A DNA stretch of 64,000 nt, taken from Dehalococcoidia bacterium (GTDB taxonomy: Bacteria; Chloroflexota; Dehalococcoidia; Lucifugimonadales; UBA1123). Below the pieces are notes generated by a model. It was not told where the DNA came from. It made no database searches and worked only from the letters and a program-made list of their open reading frames with translations. The stretch lies in contig CBDANP010000006.1 of NCBI GenBank assembly GCA_965197685.1, forward strand, positions 345,344 through 409,343. The letters are read 5' to 3'. The translations under genes and the position numbers were made by a program. Of the stretch, positions 19,344-26,986 are shown piece by piece; positions within the stretch are counted from its first letter, which is position 1, and each line of letters opens with the position of its first letter.

Positions 19344-20279
19344 CTATGGGTGGGCATTGAATACCTGCCTTCGATGCCAGTCGAGGTATTCGGGAGCGGG
19401 ACGGTGGCCGCTGTCCAGTCCGGTGGGTACATAGAGACTCCCACCTTCATACTGGCCGATAGCGATTTCTTTACCGTGGCCGGTCAGATAGCTGGATACC
19501 AGCACCCTGAGATCCTCATCCACTGTGAATGAGCCCAGATCAAAGAGTTTGTCGTGGAGTACGCAGAGCGCCAGCCCATTGCGGACCTCCGGGGGTCCAC
19601 CATACGCGTGCCAGTGAATGTGGGCCGCCTCCAACCCGACAGTATGTTCCTGCAGTTCCAGAGACAGCTTGCAGACAGCGCACCTGCCATCGTAGGCGTC
19701 GAGTACCCGTGCCCTGAAGGCGCCGTCACGCCTGCGGCGGCGTATCGTCAATTCCACCATCTGGTCGTCGTCCACAAATGGCGTGTCATTGAATCCGGTC
19801 GCCTGAAGAATATCGTCGTGCATTGAATCCGGAAAGTGTGATTCGAGAAGGGACAGAGCTGCTCGCCACGCCAGATCTTGATCGTCTTGAAAGGTCTTGT
19901 AGATCGGTTCGGTCAGACCGCCTCTGATACCGAGTTCTCTGAGACTGGAGACATGAGCATTTCCTGAGGAGTCCAAGCGAACGATGTCCGGTCTGTCGAT
20001 CTCCCACAGTCCATCATGCTGCATTCGCCAGAACGGGTACGCGGTGGGAACACTCCTATGATGCGGTCCAAAGAGTCGGATCAGCCTCGTGAGTTCATGG
20101 TGGACGGTGTCGAATGATGCTAACCGTGGCTCAGCGCTCAGACATCTGCCAATCGCCCATATTGCAAGCATGGGTTTATACGGCGCGCGGACGCCATATC
20201 TGCTCCACACGCGAAGGTTCTGAAACTTCGCTAGGATGTCCTCTTCCTCAGAGTTCATGTCCCAACCCATGCTGGTCAA
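19344..20279 (-). CDS. SBD-HNH endonuclease (ScoMcrA-type, phosphorothioate-DNA-dependent type IV restriction-like)
   Basis: N-terminal RAPYKPMLAIWAIGR...FGPHH...YPFWRMQHDGLWEI. C-terminal HNH: FRARVLDAYDGRCAVCKLSL...LEAAHIHWH...NGLALCVLHDKLFDLG. Confidence 0.7.
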   Translation of the reverse strand: MTSMGWDMNSEEEDILAKFQNLRVWSRYGVRAPYKPMLAIWAIGRCLSAEPRLASFDTVHHELTRLIRLFGPHHRSVPTAYPFWRMQHDGLWEIDRPDIVRLDSSGNAHVSSLRELGIRGGLTEPIYKTFQDDQDLAWRAALSLLESHFPDSMHDDILQATGFNDTPFVDDDQMVELTIRRRRRDGAFRARVLDAYDGRCAVCKLSLELQEHTVGLEAAHIHWHAYGGPPEVRNGLALCVLHDKLFDLGSFTVDEDLRVLVSSYLTGHGKEIAIGQYEGGSLYVPTGLDSGHRPAPEYLDWHRRQVFNAHP

Positions 20280-20370
20280 TCACATTCTCGATTTGCAGAC
20301 GGCTTCCCTCGTGAACCCCCAACCAATGGCAGAAACATCCAGTCAACCTTTTCCCACAGTTGCTGCGACA

Positions 20371-22941
20371 TCAGGTAGCCTCATCATATCCCAGTTCCAA
20401 GGCCCGACGTCGGTCAGTCTCTGCTTCGTCGTTATTTCCATTAACCATGTGAACCAAGGAGCGACCGTAGTAGGCTGACGCGCTATTGGGATCGTGTTCA
20501 AGCGCTGCACTGAAGTCCTCCATCGCCAGGTCAAAGTACCCGCTGAAGAGACGAGCGTCACCTCTGCTGCGGAACGCTATCGCATCCATGGGGTCAATTC
20601 GCAATGCGATGTCGAAGTCGGTAGTTGCCCGTTCGTAATTCCCATCGCCAAGGTTGGCTTCTCCTCGGAACCGATACGTCAGCGGGTTCTCAGGGTCCAG
20701 GCGAACAGCTTCGTCATAATCTGCAATCGCTTTGCGGAACTCCAACTTCGTTCGATAAGCCGCGCCCCGTCCAAGAAAGGAAGAACCGTCCTCGGGATCG
20801 AGGCCTAGGGCAGTATCGTAATCTACTATCGCTAGGTCGTACTCCTCCCCGTAACGATGGCAGTCTCCCCTCACTCGATATGCATCCACATGGTCCGGGC
20901 TCAGGCGAATGACCTGGGTCATATCGGAGATGGCGCGGTCAAGTGCATTCAGTTCTCCATATGCCATTCCGCGGTAGTAATATGCCATCGATTCGCGGGG
21001 ATTGAGGCGAATCGCATGGGACATATCGTCGATCACACGATCATATTTTTTCATATAACCGTAGACGATACCCCGAAGCAGATACCCAGGCGCACTGCCC
21101 AGGTCGAGACTGATGGCCTTATCCAGGTCTGAGATTGCCCTCCCGTCGTCACCCTTCAGGAAATGGGATTTCGCACTGGCGAAGTGGACCTCCGGACCGC
21201 CGAGATTGCCTGCAATGCCCCCATCTGGAGCGACAATCTCGTGGTCGGGACCCTTTGTGATGTCCAACGTCGGAAAGGCCGCCTTTATTTCCTTCATCAG
21301 TTCCAGGGCCTGGGCCCACCGGTCGGAGACTCCCACGTGGCGGGCCATCTTGCGGTAACGGTTGAACTTGATGTTATCTCCAGCCTGAAGGGCGGTGGCC
21401 GCGGCCGCAAACGCAATTCGTGGATCGTTTGGGTTCAACTCCAACGACGACTGAAAAGTCGCGAGAGCTTCGGTAAGCTCTCCCAATTCGTACAGGGCCA
21501 ATCCCAATGCATCGTAGTAGCGAGAGTCGAGTGGACCACATTCCGGTCTCACGCCCTTCAGGTGCTCAACAGCCTCTTCTGCTCTGCCGGTTCTGAGCAG
21601 CAACCATCCGATTTCAGTCCATGGGAGAATCCAATCCGGGTCCAATTTCACCGCCATCCAACAAGCATCCAGGGCCTCTCTGACAAGGGCCCTGTCCCCT
21701 TGATGCGCGCCAATTGCACCCTTGACCGAACCCAATGTAAAGTAGTTTGCGGGGTCCAAAGGGTCCAACTCAGCTGCCTTGGCGACCTCCGACAACACCT
21801 CGTGTATTCTTCCCTGCTGCTTTAACTCCATGGAACGTTGGTAGTGAGCGAAGGCCACGGGGTTACTGACATCCCACTTCTTGAGAATACCGCCATCCGT
21901 GTCCCTGATCAACTCTTCCTCCTCCGTCTGGTGGACTTTGAGGTTGACTGCTAGAACCCTGCCCACCCAGTCCGAGTCTGCCGCCAGGAGGTCTTCCTTC
22001 CACTCGTCGTCCGTTTCGAACGTTCTAATCACGGCCAGCAGTGGATCAGAGAGCCTGGAGTCCGCGCCGAAGCGCACGATATCGATTAAGTCGTCAATGC
22101 GAAATCTGACCAAGGTGCCATCTTTAATGACCTGGTACACCTGCGAAGAATATCTGCGCAACCGGCCAAGCATCTCAGAAACAGCTTCGGTCCCTATGAA
22201 TTCCTCCAAGAGGCCAGCGATGTCACTAGTCAGATAGAGCCTTCTGAGTTCGCGGAGAACCAGTTCCGTCTCAGACTCCCCACTCTCCTGGGAAAAAGCC
22301 TTCGCAATATTTGCAAGGTTATCGTCGCCCGGGCGTTTTCCTTGGTATAGCCATGCTTCCACAGTAGTTGGAGATACTCCTACGAAATCTGTGAAGTCGT
22401 ACAGAGACAGCCCCGCTTTACTTCGCATGTTGTTTAGGTAGGAGCCACGGCGGTCCACGCTCACCCATTCGAGAAAGTCCAAGGTTTTCGGAGACGTCGA
22501 CGTCAGATGCACGAGGGCTGCCGTTCTCAGAGCTAGGTCGATGGCGACGAGTCTGATGTAGGTGCGCCAGACGACAGAATGGTTTCGTGGGTAGATACGC
22601 ATCATTCTAGGAAGGAGGAAAGCCCTCATCCGATCCCAATTGAGCGCGTGCCAATCTAGGACAGACGCCCATGAGTATGAGCCGGGGGCAGATTTATCTT
22701 CATTCCAATGAGGTGCCCCTACCAGTTCGTCCAACGCATTGGAGATAGCTTCGATGATCTTCCCACGCGTGGACTCTTTAACCATGTCATCAAGACGCCC
22801 CGAGAAGAAACGACGAACCGTCCTGGGACTCAATCCGGGGGTCTTGATGCTCAGCCTTCCAGCCAAAGCTCCTAGTACCTGCCCACTGGTTGGCAGTGGC
22901 GGAGCGGACTCACGTTCAACAGTTCTTTTTGTATCACACAA
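20371..22941 (-). CDS. Large HTH + tetratricopeptide-repeat protein
   Basis: XRE-like HTH (AGLSLYDFTDFVGVSPTTVEAWLYQGKRPGDDNLANIAKAF) around aa 175-215. The C-terminal ~450 aa are serial 34-aa TPR units (AYYYRGMAYGELNALDRAISDMTQVIRLSPDH...). TTG start with GGAGAG upstream, 39 nt after the viperin stop. Confidence 0.75.
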   Translation of the reverse strand: MCDTKRTVERESAPPLPTSGQVLGALAGRLSIKTPGLSPRTVRRFFSGRLDDMVKESTRGKIIEAISNALDELVGAPHWNEDKSAPGSYSWASVLDWHALNWDRMRAFLLPRMMRIYPRNHSVVWRTYIRLVAIDLALRTAALVHLTSTSPKTLDFLEWVSVDRRGSYLNNMRSKAGLSLYDFTDFVGVSPTTVEAWLYQGKRPGDDNLANIAKAFSQESGESETELVLRELRRLYLTSDIAGLLEEFIGTEAVSEMLGRLRRYSSQVYQVIKDGTLVRFRIDDLIDIVRFGADSRLSDPLLAVIRTFETDDEWKEDLLAADSDWVGRVLAVNLKVHQTEEEELIRDTDGGILKKWDVSNPVAFAHYQRSMELKQQGRIHEVLSEVAKAAELDPLDPANYFTLGSVKGAIGAHQGDRALVREALDACWMAVKLDPDWILPWTEIGWLLLRTGRAEEAVEHLKGVRPECGPLDSRYYDALGLALYELGELTEALATFQSSLELNPNDPRIAFAAAATALQAGDNIKFNRYRKMARHVGVSDRWAQALELMKEIKAAFPTLDITKGPDHEIVAPDGGIAGNLGGPEVHFASAKSHFLKGDDGRAISDLDKAISLDLGSAPGYLLRGIVYGYMKKYDRVIDDMSHAIRLNPRESMAYYYRGMAYGELNALDRAISDMTQVIRLSPDHVDAYRVRGDCHRYGEEYDLAIVDYDTALGLDPEDGSSFLGRGAAYRTKLEFRKAIADYDEAVRLDPENPLTYRFRGEANLGDGNYERATTDFDIALRIDPMDAIAFRSRGDARLFSGYFDLAMEDFSAALEHDPNSASAYYGRSLVHMVNGNNDEAETDRRRALELGYDEAT

Positions 22942-22980
22942 TTGTTTCTCTCCACAGACTGATTCATCTGCCCGTTCGTC

Positions 22981-23850
22981 TCACCAGTCGTACAGGCCGT
23001 TCCTCGAAAGAAACTTCTGAGAATCTACTGATACCTCCCTCAACGCTTCGTCCACTCCCGCGTCGATGATGGGGCGACTGTACGTATGGCCCCCGGCCAC
23101 GTTATCGAAGAACCTGCCGGCGGGATCCACCATCACATAACTTCCCCTCATCAGGTCGTTTCTCTCCGGCACTACATTGACTCCATGTGCCTCTACCCGA
23201 CGGTTCAGCTGCACGTGTCTTTCGAATTCATCTTCTGAAATAATATGCTCGCCAACCCCACGGTCGTTCTGTCCTTCCACGGGGAGCACCTGAAGCAGCT
23301 TCCACCGCTCCGGGTGGGCCTCGATTATGAAGTCGGTGAGGTCTTCCATCAGGTTGAAACGCGTTACGACGGTGTTGACCTTAACTCGTATGTCGCGCTC
23401 ACTGAGCATATCAGTTCGTTGTAGGTAGTCTCGCTCACTCATGGGACCGGACCGAGTTGTCCTGCCTATCCGAAACAGAGTGCATGGATCCACCGAGTCT
23501 ATGCTCAGGGCGACCCAATCGAGATATCCGCTAACACTATCCAGCCATTGGCGTGTCAGCCGACTGCCGTTGGTCACCACAGAAGTGGTGAGACCCAATT
23601 CTCTGGCCCGTGAGATAAGATCGGGCAACCAGGGGCAGAGCGTGGGTTCGCCGCCCGCAAAGTTTATCTTGCGAAAACCGGCCTCTGCTAGCAGCTCGAC
23701 TACTGTGAGACTGTCTTCTCGCCCAAGATGACCCTTGGGCAGTATCCGGGAGTCTATGTCCTGAAAAGATGCGAAGCAGAACCCGCATTTCATGTTGCAG
23801 GGTCTCCACAGGTGGTAGTTGACGGTCGGGATACTATCCGCGGTTCTCAT
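22981..23850 (-). CDS. Prokaryotic viperin (pVip), radical-SAM antiviral enzyme
   Basis: VNYHLWRPCNMKCGFCF (human viperin has VNYHFTRQCNYKCGFCF), KINFAGGEP, VVTNGS, VKVNTVVTRFN, RWKLLQVLPVEGQN, C-terminal FLSRNGLYDW. GGAGGA just upstream of ATG 23850; preferred over the TTG at 23877. Confidence 0.85.
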   Translation of the reverse strand: MRTADSIPTVNYHLWRPCNMKCGFCFASFQDIDSRILPKGHLGREDSLTVVELLAEAGFRKINFAGGEPTLCPWLPDLISRARELGLTTSVVTNGSRLTRQWLDSVSGYLDWVALSIDSVDPCTLFRIGRTTRSGPMSERDYLQRTDMLSERDIRVKVNTVVTRFNLMEDLTDFIIEAHPERWKLLQVLPVEGQNDRGVGEHIISEDEFERHVQLNRRVEAHGVNVVPERNDLMRGSYVMVDPAGRFFDNVAGGHTYSRPIIDAGVDEALREVSVDSQKFLSRNGLYDW

Positions 23851-24033
23851 GGTGATCCTCCGGTATCTGACTTTCAAGAGTTGAGGATTCCAATGTTAAG
23901 AGGCATGTCCTTGCGCCAGATACCCCAGTCGGACGGACAATTTCTGGTCGGGCGCCAGATCCCACACTATCTCCCACTCTCATTACTGTGGCATAGTAAG
24001 TTTCGTTCCGTATCTGGAGAATGGAGAGACCAC

Positions 24034-25023
24034 ATGGACAAGTTCGGGAGTGTTCAGAACGTAGACCTCGGCGAGGTGTGGGCCCACGAATTGGACTTCT
24101 CAAGGTGGCTCGCCGAGAACATCACGGACCTGAACGAGCAGGTGATATTCGAGATAGATCCCAAGTCCGTTCAGCAGGAGGTTTCTGCCTGGAACGGCAC
24201 TTTACGGGTGGACCTGCTCTGCGACGCAGTGATGCCCGGTTCCGATGAACCGTTCCCCATCGTTATCGAGAATCAACTGTATGCCGCAGACGGCGACCAC
24301 CTTTCCGGACTGATCCAGTACATCGTGGCCTTCGGAGCGCGGGGCGCGGTGTGGATAGCGACCGAAGCGAGCTCCGGTTATATGCGGGTGGTGAAGTGGC
24401 TGAACGACGAAACCTCCATCACGGCCTACCTGTTCACCGTGGAGGTCATCAGAATAGACCAGTCCAGACCCGTTCCACGGCTTGTCCGCCGGGTTGGCCC
24501 TGACCCCGCTCTGACGCGCGAGGGCGGCGGGCGATCAACTAGCCCCGAGCTTTCTCAGAAATACAGAGATTGGTGGGGGCGCGTTCTTCCTGTTTTGGCG
24601 CGGGAATGCGCTGAATTCGGTATCTGGTCGAATGATCTTCGTCCCAGGGCGGAGGAGATGAGGACCGAGTATCCGAGGGAGGATATGCCTATAGGATTCT
24701 ACATCCGGGTGATGGACAAAGACTCCAGGGCAGGTGTCTGGTTTTCGGGCACAGGCGATTGGCGTCCGCAATCAGAATACTACTTCGACCGCCTGGTAGA
24801 GATGAAGGATGAATTCGAGCGGAGCTTCGGTCAGCCACTGAAATGGGAACAGCGTGGCGCGCAGCGGTACATCTACTGGGACAACCCTGATGCCTATGGG
24901 TATTCCGGCGGCAACCCCGCGAGACAGACCAAGGAGGTCGAGTCCATAGTAGGCTCGATGAAGAGGTTGGTTGCTACTGTGAATGATGCGATGTCCAGCA
25001 TCACGCCATACAAGGATTTATGA
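24034..25023 (+). CDS. NucS-like PD-(D/E)XK N-terminal domain + DUF4268 protein
   Basis: EVWAHELDFSRWLAENI...VDLLCD...IVIENQLYAADGDHLSGLIQYIVAFGARGAVWIA, then a DUF4268-like C-terminus (YFDRLVEMKDEFERSFGQPLKWEQ). GGAGAG upstream of ATG 24034. Divergent from pVip. Confidence 0.55.
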   Translation: MDKFGSVQNVDLGEVWAHELDFSRWLAENITDLNEQVIFEIDPKSVQQEVSAWNGTLRVDLLCDAVMPGSDEPFPIVIENQLYAADGDHLSGLIQYIVAFGARGAVWIATEASSGYMRVVKWLNDETSITAYLFTVEVIRIDQSRPVPRLVRRVGPDPALTREGGGRSTSPELSQKYRDWWGRVLPVLARECAEFGIWSNDLRPRAEEMRTEYPREDMPIGFYIRVMDKDSRAGVWFSGTGDWRPQSEYYFDRLVEMKDEFERSFGQPLKWEQRGAQRYIYWDNPDAYGYSGGNPARQTKEVESIVGSMKRLVATVNDAMSSITPYKDL

Positions 25024-25188
25024 GTGTCCTCTGTAAACCAATCCGGGAATTAGACGACGATATTCGCTCGAAATACGTTGCCTGGGAAACAAGGCGAGGC
25101 CTCTGTTTTCACAGCCGCTTTTACGAACATTCGTATAAGCTTATTATAACCGCGCCATATCAATTTTATACGCATGTTCTCAAATCTA

Positions 25189-25311
25189 CAGGGCCTGTGC
25201 AAAGTCGGTATCATTACTATTTCCCTAGTATCGTCGCTCCGGGTTCCCGCTTTCGTGGGAACAACGGACTGGAGTCCAGAAACCTAAAATCATTACTTTG
25301 CACAGGCCCTG
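25189..25311. mobile_element. 123-bp MITE with 17-bp perfect terminal inverted repeats and 9-bp target duplication
   Basis: CAGGGCCTGTGCAAAGT (25189..25205) / ACTTTGCACAGGCCCTG (25295..25311). Flanked by direct repeats TCAAATCTA (25180..25188 and 25312..25320). Internal hairpin GTTCCCGC-TTTC-GTGGGAAC. Confidence 0.7.
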
Positions 25312-25469
25312 TCAAATCTATGACACGACATCGCAAACCCAGGTCCCGAGGCGAAAAAGACGCCGTGAGACCGGGCTGAGATCTCGCGCGGCTGAATTTC
25401 CGCCTCCCTCGACCGGCGTCTGACTTCCCCCGACACCGTCCGCTCCCTCCCTTTCCGCTGTATCGCTTC

Positions 25470-25499
25470 TTGACAGTAAGAACATATATTCGTTATGCT
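25470..25499 (+). promoter_or_regulatory. Candidate sigma70-type promoter with embedded SOS (LexA, Cheo-box-like) operator for imuB-dnaE2
   Basis: TTGACA (25470..25475), 18-nt spacer, TATGCT (25494..25499). The spacer holds GAACATATATTC (25480..25491), which is GAAC-N4-GTTC with one mismatch. ~30 nt upstream of the imuB start. Confidence 0.4.
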
Positions 25500-25528
25500 T
25501 CCCTCCCACCGAAATAAAACAGCAGAGG

Positions 25529-26981
25529 GTGGGCGTGAGAGCAGCCTGCGTATTCATAACACACATCAGGGCCAAGGCGGAACTGTACAGGCGCCCGGAA
25601 CTCGCGGACAGCGCATTCGTCATCGTGGATCGCGAGCGCGCCGGAGTTCCGGTGGTCGATGCGGCGCAGGGGGCGAGGGAGATACGCATTGGCATGACGC
25701 TTCAACAGGCGATGTCCGTACACCCGGGGCTTATCGCGCTGGACGACGACGAACCCCACTACCGGAGCGCTTTCGCGCGTCTGCTCGACTCGCTTGGGAA
25801 TGTGAGCGATGTCGTCGAGGACGGAGGTCTCGGAGAGGCCTATGTGCGCCTGGATGGGTTGGAGAGGCTGTACGATGGGGAGGCTGGCGTCGTGTCTGCG
25901 TTGCTGAACGCGGTCCCGGACTACCTTTACCCGCGCGTCGGAGTGGCGGACTCGAAGTTCCCTTCATACGCCGCTGCCCGGACCGCCGGACCCATGAGGG
26001 CGGTGAAAGCTCCGGACGACGCGCCAACCTTCCTCGCGCCTCTGCCCATAAACATTCTTCCCGTATCCGTGGATGTGAAGTCGGCTCTGCGCCGTTTCGG
26101 ACTGCGGCTGATGGGAGATGTCGCGTCAACGGGCAGGACGGCGATGTTCGACCGCTTCGGAAGAGAGGGCGCGACCGCGTGGGAACTCTCCACCGGACAG
26201 GACCGCAGGCCGTTCGTCCCGAGAAAGGTGGAGGAGTCCATCGTCGAGAGCGCCACGCTGCCCTTTTCCACCACCTCGATGGAGACGCTGCGCGCGGCGC
26301 TGGACATACTTCTCAGGCGCGCGTTCGCAAGACCTGTCCTGAGGAACAGGAGTGTGGGAACGTCGGCCATCGAGTCGTCGGGCCTGGAATCCGGACCATG
26401 GAAGCTCCGGGTCCGTTTCAAGGTCCCGGTAGAACGCTGGGAGCGCGCCTCCGAATTGTTGGGAGAACGCATCGATAACGAGCCGCCAAAATATCCGATA
26501 AACGATCTCACCCTGTCATTGTCCGACCTCGGAGGCGAGCCCGGCGTCCAGGCGGGGCTGTTGAAAGACGCCCGGGAGAGCGGCCGGGCCGTGCTGATAG
26601 AGGTGGACAGACGACTACGGGGCACAATGGAAGGGATGCCCGCGCTCTACAGAGCGGTGGAGGTCGCTCCCTGGCATCCCGCTGCCGGAGATGAGGTCGC
26701 TTCGGGCCCCGCTTGACCCGCTTGGCGCCGGGCCGGTCAGGTCGCTGCGCGCACCGTCGCTCGTGTCGGTGCGGGAGAGCGAACTGCATCTGCCGCTCGC
26801 GGTCCGGATCGGGAACGGCTGGCGACGGGTGGTCGAAATGGAGGATGTGTGGAGCGTGGACCTGTGGTGGCTGCCCCGTCCGGTGAACAGGACCTACTTC
26901 AGGGTAGCCGAGGCGGGAGGGCGCAGACTCACGCTGTTCAGGGACGGAAGTGACGGCGTCTGGTATCGCCATCCGGGATAG
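25529..26981 (+). pseudogene. imuB: ImuB-like Y-family polymerase paralog, frame break near 26680
   Basis: Y-family-like N-terminus (ACVFITHIRAKAELYRRPEL...VIVD...MTLQQA). The ImuB-type C-terminus (PLPEMRSLRAP...WSVDLWWLPRPVNRTYFRVAEAGGRRLTLFRDGSDGVWYRH) lies in ORF 26691..26981, one frame off. The break is at a ccc run (tggcatcccgctgcc). Confidence 0.75.
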
Positions 26982-26986
26982 GGGTC

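Noticed and set aside
23728-24033. 102-codon N-terminal extension of the DUF4268 ORF.
   Set aside because: It overlaps the viperin 5' end on the opposite strand, has no family-like sequence, and an SD-preceded ATG at 24034 starts the conserved part.
25020-25379. 119-aa ORF upstream of imuB as a candidate imuA.
   Set aside because: It has no RecA/ImuA-like motif, and most of the ORF is MITE sequence (25189..25311).
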